Shown: positions 47,087 through 59,650 of the stretch, one piece after another
Numbering within the stretch: position 1 is the first letter of the stretch
Layout of the letters: each line of letters starts with the position of its first letter
Assembly (NCBI GenBank): GCA_001244265.2
Contig: CDLV01000010.1
Span: 682,001 to 746,000 of the forward strand
Source of the DNA: Microbotryum violaceum
Taxonomy: Eukaryota
Length of the DNA stretch: 64,000 nucleotides
Direction: 5' to 3'
Program-made: the position numbers and the translations under genes
Notes under the pieces: model-generated
Told to the model about the DNA's origin: nothing
Seen by the model: the letters and a program-made list of their open reading frames with translations, nothing else
The model's database searches: none

Positions 47087-48951
47087 ATGCAGGCTCAGTC
47101 GTCGTCGTCGTCGTCGCGTCGACACCCCATGTTCGTTCCCGGCTTCATCAACACGCTCCGACACCCGGAAGAGAGGCAGTTCGCCACCGAATGGCACGAG
47201 CTCGAACAACTTGTGCTGCACACCAACCCGGATGGTGACGGTGGCGATGGAAGCGATGTCGAGCAGCCGCTACATGACGCGCGATCGACCGTGCCACCAC
47301 AACTGCCGGAGCAAGCCCCCGCCAATGCAAGGGTGGGTACCACCTTCAGACCACCCTCGTCACCACCAGCTAAGCGGAGGAAAGTTGATCGCGGCATCAC
47401 TGCCGAGCTCAAGAGTGATCGTCATCAACCCGTGTCACCCTCGGGCGAGCGAGGTCTGGCTGAGACGAGCAAGCCGCAGCTAGCACCCCCCGTGCCCAAG
47501 TCATCGCAAACGAGCGATGAAGCATCGACGAGCACGAAGGGTAGGCTCTTCAATACCAAGACGACCAACATGAGCCCACCCAAGAGATTGAGCCGCCAAC
47601 TCACGGCGGCCAGCGTCGCATCAGAGGCGTCTACGCCTGGCGAACCCCTTGTACGTGCGCCCGGGGCAAATCCGACCGACGCCAGCGACTCCGGGTCGGC
47701 ACCACGGCCGGCACCAGCCACAGGACCACCCCAACTGCGGCGCAGGGGAGCTCACCAGTCAATCCCTCCTCCTCCTCCGCCTCCACGTCCACCGCAAGCG
47801 CCCTGCTCCGCTCAGCCCCCGGAACCGCTGCCGAAAAAGAAAGGGGCCAAGGCGAAACCTCGCCCCTCACTCGAGCAAGCGCACACGAACACGCTCAAAA
47901 TTAGCGATCACCAGAAACTCGCCAAAAGATTTCCCACCATCACCGACTACCTCGACTACCTCGAAGAACACGACCTGATGAAACCGGGCGACCAACCTTT
48001 GCTCGGTTGTCGCATCGCGTTCGTCAACCCGTACCCTGCGTCGGGTGCCTCGAGCAGAGGCTTGCGGAATCGCATCGATATGCAACTGCAAAGTTGGATG
48101 GGTCGCGTCAGGATACAGGGTGCGACCTTGGTGCGACCCGAGCACTTTGTCGCCTCGCCCCGCGATGCGCCTTTGATCGAATCTGAAGAATCGAGGGCAC
48201 TGGCGGCAAGATATGGTTGGACGACGCACGTCATCCCTCTGTACCTCTCGGGGCGGGGCGAGGTCACGTTCCAGAGCGTGCTCGCTATGTTGGGCCCAAG
48301 TGGGGTCGCCATCGAGGAGTTAGGACCGGTCGTCAAGGTCGTCGGCAACGATTGGATTGAACAGAGCATTAAGGCGGGGCGACCGCTGCCGTACTGGGAC
48401 CGATTCCACGTCGGTGATACGAGACCCGTGGTGTGGAGTGACACGAGGGCCATAGTTCCTTTGAGACGGAGCGAGGCCGAGACCGGTGCCCTTCCGAGAC
48501 GAGGGAAGGACAGTGCTGCTGCGCCCGAGCAAGTGGAGGAGATTGAGGACGACGATGTGGGCCTCGATACAGGTGGCAGAGGAAGCAACAGAACCCATGA
48601 CCAGGATCAGGGTGCCGGCGACCAGTGCCGACGTGCCACATCGTAAGTTGCTGTCGTCTGATGCTCGGGAGGATCTTGCTGATTCCTTATCATCGTCCAT
48701 TACTCGGCAGGCCCCTTAACGAGTCTGATTTCCCAGCGGGTGAGCTTCGAATTGGATACGACTTTGATCGTGCACGACTGGTGACACCGACGACTGCTTC
48801 GCCTTCGTCTGATGCCGACCCAGCAGGCGATCTCTCGATCAACACCAGCGACCCGATTATCGCGGCCGACTTGACCATCCGCGGTTCGCCCCGACCAGAT
48901 TCGCCGAGGGCGCTGTTGGTGGCGGCGAAGAAGGCTGGCCGGCGCAAGTAG
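47087..48951 (+). CDS. BRCT-domain protein (Pol lambda/Pol4-like BRCT), otherwise low complexity
   Basis: LLGCRIAFV...GATLV...TTHVI...VKVVGNDWIEQSI fits a BRCT pattern. NLS-like PAKRRK. In-frame intron at 48643-48710. Confidence 0.7.
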
Positions 48952-49263
48952 ATTAATTGGCTTTGGGTCGAACTCCAGGCTTCCCGATTGCACCAGTTGC
49001 TTTGAGAGGGTTTTCCGTGTAGCCTCCGCATAATGTTGTACCAAACACGGGTTTTTCGATGCGTTGCCTTGAAAATGAACTCGAAAGCGGCGCGGGGACG
49101 GCGTCTGATGTATATATGGCGTCGCAAGCGAGCTAGGGCGATCAATAGCGCGGCAGAGCGCGGCCGGGCTCTGCGAGTTTCGCGGCCGGGTGCGGATCGG
49201 CCGCTCTGTCTGCTCGTGGTCGCTCACCAACTCGACAGCGCATCATCGACGACACAGCCCATC

Positions 49264-51215
49264 ATGAAGTCCGCCGCCGTTCGAGTAGCTCATGTCGCAG
49301 TCCGATCGAGGTCGAGGCCTTCCCGGACCTCAACGTCTTCGTTGCTCATGCCATCCACCCCATCGTCGATGCGAAGGCAGGCCGTCGGAGCGAGTGCGAG
49401 TGCGAGCAGCAGCTTCTCGACAACGACTCGCTCGTTCGATCCGGCCAAGCCCCAGGGCCCCCACACCTCGTCGTCGTCGTCGACCGACAGCAGCGGTACC
49501 GGAAATGACAACGGCAAGCAAAAAGACCAAAAGGAGCAGGCCAAGGCCAGGGCCGAAGAGCCCGTCGACACGACCGTGCCAGGCCGATCGCCGTTCCAGG
49601 CGTTTGTCGATGTGCTCCGCGCCGAAGTGAGGAAGAACCGAGAGTGGCAGGACTCAGTCAAGCAGCTGCAGGGCGAGGCGTCCAAGGTGCAGGACTCGGA
49701 GGCCATGAGGAAGACCAAGGAGCTGTACGAACGAGCGAGGGTGAGTGCCCGACAGCGCGTTAGGGCTCGGCTCCATCGCCCGGGTGGACCGATCGTTCTG
49801 ACCGTGACCTGCACTGTATTTCTCCCATGGGTACAGTTGCAAGCTTCAATTGAAAACAACCCCAAACTGGCGGCGGCAGCGAGGGAGCTCAAGAAGGCCG
49901 GCGTCAACGTCAACGATGCGATCACGCACACGATCAAGACTATGGAGGAGAACGCTTTCGTCAAGTCTGCCGGAAGGGCTGTAGGTCTCCCGTTAGTCCC
50001 ACCTTTAACTGTCGCGTATTATCATATTCATCGCTCCTGCCCCACTTGCGCGGTGACAGATCTCGGCCTCGGCCAGGGTCGTGGGAGATGCGGCAATGAC
50101 GGCATCCGAGCCGCTGCGAAAGACCGAGGCGTACAAGGCCGTCGCGTCGGAGATCTCCGAGGCAATCGACAGTGCGGCCAACAACGTGCAGCATGGCGGG
50201 TACATTGAAAAGGACGCGAGGCGGAGGAGAAGGGAGGCGAGATTGGAAAAGGCCGGTAAATCGGGTCAACAGGGACTGGCCGCGAGGAGACCCAAGGTCG
50301 AGGAAGATCCTTTGTGAGTGATGACGCGAGCTTGACCTGCTGGGGGAAACGGACCAAGAGCTGACAACATGCGGACCGACCACAAAACACAGAGCCGGAC
50401 AAGCAGTGACATTACACGCCACCGCGAATGTGGAGAAGAAGTCCCGGTTCGCGTCCATCACCCCGAAACCTGTCGCAGACGCCTTTTCCTCCCTGTCGCA
50501 CGCCTACGCCGAGTCCGAGAACCCGTTCGTCTCTTCGATGCGAACGGTCACGTCCGCGATCGGGCGCTTCTTTGACGAGACCGAGACCGCCAAAGTCGCG
50601 AAGTGGGTCAAGGAGCTCGATCCGTCGTTCACGACCGAGGGTTTCTTGAGGGAACTGAGGGAGTACATCGTGCCCGAGCTGGTCGATGCGTACGTGAACG
50701 GTGACCAGCCCACGTTGAAGGCGTGGTGTTCCGAGGCAGTGAGCTTTCTGCCGAGATGAGGGACAGAGAATACGTCCCCTTGTGCCAAGGGTCGCTGACT
50801 CGAGATATTGGCTGCAGACGTACAACGTGCTGATGGCCACACTGCAAGGAACCATCTCACCCACACTGGTATCCGAATCTCGTGTCCTGGACATCCGGAA
50901 TCTTGACGTACGTCGAAAGTTGTTGACCTCGCTGACCTTGGCAGGCGCTGATCTTTTATTCTTGACTGGCTTGTCGCACGACAGATCATGTCGGCCAAGA
51001 TCTTGGAGAACGACCTGCACGTATTTGTTGTCGCCTGGCGCACGCAGGAGATCCTCGCTTACCGTGACATCAAGACGGGTAAACTCACCGTCGGGGACGA
51101 GAACAAGATCGAGCAGGTCGGTTACGTCGCCGTGCTGACGAGGATCGACGAGGAGTTGGACAGCAAGGTCACGGGCGGGTGGAAGGTGATTGACATGGCC
51201 CGACGAGCGGGTTAA
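49264..51215 (+). CDS. TIM44: Mitochondrial import translocase subunit Tim44
   Basis: Arg/Ser-rich presequence, RSPFQAFVDVLRAE, ESENPFV, FFDETETA, DPSFTTEGFLRELREYIVPE, LKAWCSEA, TGGWKVIDM. Confidence 0.95.
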
Positions 51216-51958
51216 AGGGTCACCACTGCTTGATTGTGATAGAATAGCAGAGCAACTCGAAGACAAGAAAACATCGGTTGTAATACCCATGATCCCATCA
51301 CACCTCCACCAAAACCATTCGGTTGGACGCTTTTGAGTGCGCAGTTTAAGGCGTGAGCTACCTACGTAAGGCTCAGATTTCGGCAGCCGAAGCGGGACCG
51401 CTCCCGATCTTTCAGGCTCGACTACTGATACTACCGGCCTGGGGTCCACACCGGGGTTCCAGTTCGACCTCCGACGCGGCTTCGTCGGAGTCGCTTGCTA
51501 ATTCGAGCTAGTAGTTGTGCGTAGTCAAGCAACCTAACAAGGTCTGTTGTTGGCTGGACACGAGATGAATGCTCGAAATCGAAATTGTCACACGGCGAAG
51601 ACCCACCGAAAGATCACGTGACCAGACTCTGTTCCAGATGAGGAAAATGTGCGGAATCAGCCGATGGTCTGTCTCTCAACTGCATGCCCAAACTACTTCT
51701 CTCTGTGTCACCTATCCTTATCTGGCAGTTTTTCCTTCCGCTGGCAACATCCACAAAAAGTTGAGAGACAGCGCCACGGTTATTTTGACGAAGCCGTGTG
51801 CGTGCCATGTGGGCCTTGGCACAAACATTCCGGAGCTGCTCACCCGAAAGAGCGGACTAAGAGCTACTAAGAGCAGCTGAGAGCGGTCGCCAATTCGATC
51901 GGTGCGCTCATGTGTTCGTCTCGTCCCCCTTTCCATCCGCACATCATTCTCATCAATC

Positions 51959-53332
51959 ATGTTCATCTCTATCGCCGCATTTATCACGGCATTCGCTGCA
52001 TCCCACGTCTCGGCCCAGGTCAGTGGGCATTACGTGTGCCTCTCTGTTCGCTGTCCTGGAAAGTGATTGGGGTCGACTTCGTTGGCTGACCAACGGTCCT
52101 CTTGTCACGCGTCGCTCCCATTGGCTTTCCCTCGCGCAACCTCAAACCTGGCCAACCTTTGACAGGCTTCTGCCACGGCTCTGGACCTTGTCGACCAGGG
52201 CTGGGACAATTCGGGCTTTGCCTTGGACACGTGAGTGACTTTCTGTGCTTGGGGATCGGATCGTCCAACTCTCTTTGGGCTTTGGGACGAGACGACAGGC
52301 ACGCGCGAACCCAGCTTTGCGGGCGTTCCGCGGCGCTCGGACCCCGAACTGACGCGCTCGCCTCTATGGACTTTTTACCGCAGTCTCGCCGGCTTCGGGC
52401 TTGAGCTCAACGCCACGGCCCTCTTGACGGTCAACTACGCCGGTGGTGCAGGCGTGATCGAGAACGGCAAAGACTATACCGCCGCTCAGGTCTCCAAGCT
52501 TCCGACCATCAACTTTGAGCCGGCGGCTTCGGCCACCACGCTCGGCGCCGGAAGGGCCTATACACTCATCCTCGCCGATGCCTCGAGTCTCGGTGATCCC
52601 GACAAGCAAGGCAACTACCGCCACTATCTCAGCAACGGTGCCACCGCCGCTGCGAACGGCACTGACCAGTTTGCCGTCTCGGGCGGCACCGTCATCACCT
52701 CCTACGCTGGCCCGGGACCTCTGACCGGTTCGGGAACGCACCGATATGCTTGGATGCTCTTGGTGCAAGGTGTATGTCTTATTTCCATTATTCAGTCGCC
52801 TTTGTCTTGCCAAAGTGAGGACTGAACCCCCCATTCCCAAACTGCTTAACCGTCGTTCGCAGTCTGATTTCAAGGCTCCCGCTAACCTTTCGACTGCGGG
52901 CACTTCTCCGGGTCACTGGAACGTCTCGTCCTATGTCTCCGAAGCCGGTGGACTTCAGCTCGTCGCCGCGTCCTTTTTCACCGTCACTGCGTCCGGTACC
53001 CCCACGGGATCTGTCGTGACGACGGCCCCGGCAGTGAGTAAACCCCTGTGTTTTGATGTGCGCGCGCGCGAGCGGCGCAAGACCGGCAGCAGTCGCGCTG
53101 ATTTTGCGCTTATTGTTTTCTCCCTGGCCTCGCCTGTCCTTCCTCATAGACCACGCCTGCTTCCACTCACACGGGATCATCAAGCCCGACCTCGACCGGT
53201 TCCGGTGGCTCAACCACCTCGGCTCCGGCCAGCGCAACGACCACCTCGGCCCGCTCGGGCTCCAACCAACTGACGGCGACTTGGGTGTTTGGCGCCGTCG
53301 CGGGTCTGTTGGCCATGTTCACCCTTCTTTGA
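51959..53332 (+). CDS. Secreted, probably GPI-anchored PEBP-family protein
   Basis: Signal peptide MFISIAAFITAFAASHVSAQ; YTLILADA, NYRHYL, YAGPGPLTGSGTHRYAWML; Ser/Thr-rich tail; hydrophobic C-terminus WVFGAVAGLLAMFTLL. Confidence 0.88.
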
Positions 53333-53706
53333 TCGCGTCCGTTTCGACCATGCACACATGACGGGGGTGTCTGGCCGGGAGACTCGATCTCGCTAGCCCC
53401 AATTTACTTAGTCAGCTAGCTTCGCGCGCTCTCGGGCCCCCCAGTTCGCCCTTCACCAATTTTCCGCGTTGTAGTCGCGACGTCTTCCCGTCTTGCAAAA
53501 TTTGCATTTTTTTTTTTTTTCTTCTCCATGAGTTGCAACTGCCTTCTGGGCTGCATCATCGCAGTGCCCAGGTTCGCAAAAACGATTCTTCGCATCAGAT
53601 ACAGGTCACGCAGAAGAGGCATGGCGGCTCGCCCGGGATCCATTTATGACGTTCGGTATCCCACTTGGATGAATGGCGATTGCAAAAATGACTGGGACTC
53701 TGGGGC

Positions 53707-54660
53707 TGTAAGGCCGCCCCCCTTGAGACCCAGCCCTCGACCCCGTGGCCGACGTCAAGACTGACGCCGACGCACAGGCCTCGGCCTGGCTCAATTGGGA
53801 AGCCTTTCCCCATTTCTCTTTCTTTCTCTTTATCTCTCTTGGTAGTTGACTCCTAGCTGAAACCCAGTAAAAACGTTTAAAAGTAGTATCCTCTACTGCC
53901 TCTCATTGTCTCGACTTCGATCTACGACCGTCCTCGCGACTCTCTGTAAGGCATGACCCTTACATCTTTTTACTTGTTACACCAGTCGAAACCGACTTCG
54001 CTAGAGGACCTCAAGTACATCGAACTCATAGTCAGTGTCAGGGAACTACTTGTAGTCCCTGTATCTGAAGGCCCGAAGAGGGTAGGCCCGGAAAGGGTAG
54101 GCCCGAAAGGGGATAGAGAAGGCTCGCGCACGAGCGAGTGAATTGCGAAGGGCTTGCACCTCCGGTGCCGATCGATAGGCACATACGATCTTCCCGGTTC
54201 GGATTACAAAGAACAAAGACCAGTGCCGGGATCTCCTCTCAGCACATCATTCGGCGACGAGGAGTCACTTCGCTGGACGAGGTAACGTGTAGTTGAAGTA
54301 GACGGACGTAATTAACCCAACTGGAATCGATTACAATGTCGTCAAACCCTTCCCGAGAGCCTTGCGCAGGTGGGAGTCCCCCACGGATAACGGCTCTTTG
54401 ACAGCGTTCTTGACGGGGAAGGAGATGAATGATCGACAAGCGCGAACGTATACGGTTATGTCGCAGAAGGCACGACCCTTACAGGGGCCTCCGAACGGTT
54501 CTCCGTTTGCTCGACATGTCGGCAATCGAGCAATGGAACGCGGGACCGAATTAAGTTCAGTTCTTGGACTGGAATGTGCTTGGTGGTACTACGAGAGAGT
54601 CTCGGGTCGCAGCTGACCAAGGGCTTTAGTTCACTTCGTCGCTCGTCCTCGGCACTTCTC
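53707..54660 (+). mobile_element. Ty3/gypsy relic: LTR (53707-53964) plus deleted internal region
   Basis: TGTAAGG...CCTTACA termini, with the 3' end resembling the 10160-10301 LTR. Downstream TDNGSLTAFLTGKEMNDRQAR matches the gypsy RNase H C-terminal motif. Confidence 0.7.
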
Positions 54661-54679
54661 ACTGCTTTTCCCCCGCCCT

Positions 54680-55602
54680 TCCTCAGGCATTCACCTTCGA
54701 CCGTACCTCCGTCGTGCTCGCAGACAAGGCCGCTTTTTCAACCTTAGTCCCAAGCCCCTTCTCAACGTCAACTAATACATCAGTTCGGTCGGCATAGTCC
54801 AGAATGGCCAATCGTACGTCCGCGACGATGGTCAACCCGCGCCGGTGCTCTCCGTTACGACGCCTGAAGACGACGACCAAATTCACGAGCCTGTACGCGG
54901 TCATCTGCGCGGACCTTGACTTGAGCGGGAACCCGAACCTCAATGGTAGTTTCCGACGAACGGCGCCCGCCTCGCCAGCAACCGCTCAAACCCGAATAAT
55001 TTCACAGTCAACCTCATGAGTGGCAACGGCATCGGTGACTTTGTTGGATTGGTCCCAATTTCTGACTCCACTTGTGCTGGGAACATGCACGGCGCTAACA
55101 CCTGCAATGTCTGGACTTGATCATGCAGTTTCAAGCCTCCCGCCGGTTCGGATGCTCATCGCCACGTATGGATGCTCTTCCTCCAGGGCGGGAGGTCCGA
55201 CCTGGAGCTCCTTGCCGCGACGTTTTTCCTCACTCAAAAACCCAGTGGAATACTGCTTCTTCGGTCATTATGACCATCCCTTTGATGAGCCATCCTTCTC
55301 CCTGGCGCGAGGACACTACCAGGTAATCATGGTTCGCATCTAATGGCTTGTGCTAATGCGCAGCGCCTCCCCATCTTTAGCCGCAGAACACCGTGTCGGC
55401 TACTGCATCCGCAAGCGCACCCGGTACTTCAGCCACTGATTCGAAGATTAAATCGGTTACCGCCACCCCCAACACAACGAAGACGACTAAAGCAGCCCCG
55501 GCATCGTCCACGACTCCTGCTTCTGCTGCCAGCAGCACTTGGCTCCGGCCGCCACCACCTCCTCAGGATTTTAGTTGGGCTGGTCGTACTCGCTTAACGT
55601 AG
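54680..55602 (+). pseudogene. Pseudogenised tandem PEBP paralog
   Basis: LLNVN*Y...GIVQNGQSY, frameshifted LYAVICADLDLSGNPNLNGSFR, PPAGSDAHRHVWMLFLQG and a Ser/Thr-rich tail are colinear with the PEBP gene. Stops at 54773 and 55118. Confidence 0.75.
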
Positions 55603-56853
55603 ACCCACTTGCAACAAAAAAAGCCCATTATTAAGCGTCGTGTCACGCTCGCCTATACTTTTCTTCATTTGTGAGCTCACTAGAACAAATAATCGCGAAC
55701 CGTGGTCAAAGGGATCGCCGACAAAACGGGTTGCCCAGGTATAACACAGCTCAATCCATGTGGCGGACCAGGCCTTTGTGTTGTGGACTGTTCTACTGGA
55801 ACCACTGTTCTGTGATATCTGGAGCAAGAATTTCGTTCTGTGAGCCTCGGGATCACGGCCAAGCTGGCGATCGACTTTTGCTTTGAGTGTCGCAAGGCGG
55901 GCGCTACGGTCCGAAACAATCTAGTGGTTCTGACTGTCCCATCGTTGTAGCGAAGCGAAAGGCCCGCATTGCCCGCACTATGTTTTGATTCGGTGCGTCG
56001 ACATGTTGAAAATGAGCCTTGGGGTCTAACTTGGTCAGCGTGAGAGAGAAAGGGTGAGCCGAGGAGCCTGAGGAGGTCGAAGCCCACGTGATCAACGTGC
56101 TCAATTTTGTGCAGGGGTCAGCATAACAGGTGTTGGGTTCTAAGGCGAAGGAGGATGGACCAGTTCCATGTCGCCTTGCTGAAATTCGGCTGTCAAGTCG
56201 TGGCCGAGTACCAATCGCTCTGCTTTCTCGCGTGGACTGCCCTGCCCACCCATAGGGGTTCGTCCGCGCACCGAGCTCAGGGACCTCAGCCGTCGACATA
56301 CTTTGTTTCTTGAGTCTTGATGAGTGGAGACACATTCTTTCCCAATGCCATATCGAATCTACTCACATCCTCGAGCGCGCTAGGGTGGCGCTGCCGATAA
56401 CAAGGAGGTCCCCACGTACCCAGCTGGGTACTAGTTCGGTAGGGGGGCAGGTCATCCTATCCCGCGTTGATTCGCCCACGTGCACCGTCGAGCAAGGAAT
56501 TCCGGTCCGTGCGCGCCTTCAGCTGCGCCGCTCGCGCTCGGTGAACGACTTTAGCCGAACCGGGCAAGTGAGTGAAATTCAAGGTTCAATTTCGCACGCT
56601 GTGGATTGTTTGTATGGATTGTTTGCATTGCGCCGCTGTGTCGTTGACTCTCGAGCGCGCGTGATTGATGCCGCGCCTTCGATCGACGCCGCGGGCCGGC
56701 AAATCGGCGCCGCTGAGTGTATGCAAGTCCTGGCGACGGCGCACGTTCGACTTGTAGCAACTTGTCCGAGCTTTCTTGATCGACGCGTCTGTTGTCTCTC
56801 TACCCCGACGTGCCGAGTGCCCCCAATACCTGTCGATACACGAACCCCAAGAT

Positions 56854-59650
56854 ATGGTCCACCTCGCTTCTTCGCACCAACAACAAGATACGGATCATAA
56901 CCCCTATGGCGGCGGCGGTGGTGAACTTGCCCCGAGCGGTGCTAGCACCGAGTTCCGACAGCTCTCGGGCCGTGACCTCGATGCGCTTGAAAAGGCGGGA
57001 GGAGTGGACGCGGGAGCCGATGCATCAGAACATCGATCATTGAGGGTAGCCATCGTCACTGAGAACTTTTTGCCCAAGGTGCGCAAGACCACGTTCCGGC
57101 GAATGGCCAGGGAGTAACTGTTCGCGTGGGCATCGCAAGAGAGGGCGCGCGCTCGCTGGTTCTCCCTGACTGACCCATAGGACGAAAATGCATGGTTTTC
57201 GGGGGCGGCAATGACAGGTCGATGGGGTGACTCGCACGCTCGCAATGCTGCTCGAACATTTACAGAAAGCGGGTCACGAGGCGATCGTACTTGGCCCTGA
57301 CAGCGGAATGGTGAGTGGGGCTGCCCACGCAGCCAGTCTCGGGCTTGACGCGCTTGACGTGAGACAAAGAATCGACCCCCACGCTCAGGAGCCGCGGGCA
57401 CCCGAGGCCCCTAAAACTGGGGTTGCTCCTCAGATCCCAGAGCTGACCTTGACCCTGCACCTTCACTCCTCTTCATTCGCGATCGCATCCCCCCTTTGAC
57501 ATTCCTGCATTTCTAAAGACATCGTATGCGGGACATGAAGTTGTTGGAACGAGAGGTCTGCCGTTGCTGGGTGTTTACAAGGGTTTGGCCCTCAATTTCA
57601 TCCGCCCGCGCTTCATCACGAAGCTGCGCGAATTCGAACCCGACGTCATTCAATTTGTGGACCCCATCTGGCTGTGCGCGCAGTGAGTTTGTTTGATGCT
57701 TTTCGTGTTTGCTTTCCATCCCGGATATACACTCACTGACTCGGACTTTTGTGGGGGCCGTCCGCAGAGTTATTCCCGTCGTTCAGTACTACCTCCCCGA
57801 CGTTCCTCTCCTCACCTCTTACCACACCAATCTCGCGATGTATGCGACGCTTTTCGGATTTGGGTGGCTCACACCCACGATTTGGAGTCTCCAAGTGGGT
57901 GGCCCCAGGCTCGAGCTCTCTGTCTCGAAGGACGTGGCTGACGCTTCACGGCATTGCTCGCTCGCGGTCCACCGCAGCGAAATCTGCACGGCCGATGCCG
58001 CCTGACCTTTTGCCCCTCCCAAAGCACCGCGCGGATGCTCACGTCCCAGGGCTTCAATAACGTGCGAATTTGGCCGCGAGTAAGCCGGGATACCTGTGCA
58101 GTGATGAAAAGAACACGTTCTCTGACGGGCAGGATCTACATGGTGCTACTGCAGGGCGTGAATACAAGGCTCTTCCGACCGGAAGCCCGAGACTTTACCT
58201 TGCGCCAATCGTGGTCGGCCGAGCCCGAGTCGTCTCACCTGTCGTCATCGTCGTCGGACTCAATCTCTTCGTCCTTCGCCTCGCCTCGCTCTTCCCTCGA
58301 GGCGAGCCCGCCGTCGTACTCGTCCTTTGTCGCCCAGTCCCCGCAGAGCAAGGTCGTCTTGCTCTACGTCGGCCGCATCTCGTGGGAAAAGAATCTGCGC
58401 TTGCTCGTGGAAGCCTTCCGAGGGCTCGAAAAGCCGTCTACGGATGGTACTCGACCCGCGTGTCAGCTCGTCTTTGTTGGAGATGGTCCTTCTCGGCCCG
58501 AACTCGAAACCCTCTGCGCGCAGTACGGGCTCGGTGCGGTCTTTATGGGGTACCGCAAGGGCGAAGAACTCGCGGCGGCATACGCGAGTGCCGACATCTT
58601 TGCTTTTCCGAGCTGGTGAGCGCTTCTCCATTGGCCCACCCTAGCCGGGAGAAGTTCGGGAGTTAATTATCTCGGTCTCCATGATCCAGGACCGAAACCT
58701 TTGGCCAGGTCGTCCTCGAATCCATCGCTTCGGGCTTACCCGTCGTGGGGCTGCGCGCCGAGGGCGTGTGTGACCTGGTCGAACACGGCAGAACTGGTGA
58801 GTCGGCAAATTCTTGAAACACATAATGCCGTCGAAGAGTGTTAGGCTTGCACTGACCGTAATTCGGTTCAGGCCTTTTGCTGGATCTTGACGAACTTCTG
58901 CCGACTTCTCAGCGGCCTGCGCCGCTAAAGGACCCCAACGAGATCAAGCCGCTTCCGGCGAACCCCCACAGAATCGTGGGATCGTCCTCAGGGACGTTCC
59001 CGCTCGCCGTATCCATGTACCGCGAAATGTTGGTCGAGCTGGCTTCTGATCACGCCCGGCGACGGACCATGGGCCAAGCAGCCCACAGCGACGCGTCGAC
59101 GCGATCTTGGCACGCCGCGATGGAGATGCTCGTCGACGGGTACCGAGAGCTCGCCCGTTCCGCCGCAGGTGAGCCAAAACAGATCGATGACGACAAAAGC
59201 GCTTTGGGGCTGTCAAGGACGTCAACACTCGATCTGGATATTGTGTGTGGGGAGACCGCAGGGACCTTCCTCTCGGAGCTAGCGGACTCGGAGTGTGAAA
59301 CTCCTAAAACGGCGACTGCTTTAGCGGTGCGACGACCTAAACGGATGTTGCGCTTAGGTGGAGTGCTGCGAAGGACAGGTGGTCGATTTAGAGAAGGCTC
59401 CCTGGGAGGGGCACAAACCATTCCATCGTGGCTCGGTGGGGTCTCGGACGCGACATCGTCGTCTCCCAGTGCGGTCTCGCAGATGGGTTCACATATTCGC
59501 CTCGTCACTAAAAGGAAGCGAACGGGTTCGCTGCAAGCCATTGGGTGGGTTATTATTAAATTCGTAGCTTTCAGCTGGATAGTCTACACGATGGCGCAGT
59601 ACGTGCTAGCAACCCAAATGATGCGTAGGATCACCGTGGTTACGCAGTAG
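56854..59650 (+). CDS. GT4 glycosyltransferase, SqdX/SQD2/MgtA(PimB)-like, with a C-terminal hydrophobic segment
   Basis: LRVAIVTENFLPK|VDGVTRTL, SYHTNL, LLYVGRISWEKNL, VGDGPSR, AYASADIFAFPSW|TETFGQVVLESIASGLPVV (EX7E motif). Confidence 0.9.

Noticed and set aside
43862..51449. Long antisense ORFs (e.g. 43862-44839, 50412-51449; also 39757-40371)
   Set aside because: They are shadows of GC-rich sense genes and show no domain motifs.
38821..59650. P450 plus glycosyltransferase as a glycolipid biosynthetic cluster
   Set aside because: The genes are ~16 kb apart and separated by housekeeping genes (SPC105, MsrB, TIM44). No acyltransferase or adjacent transporter.
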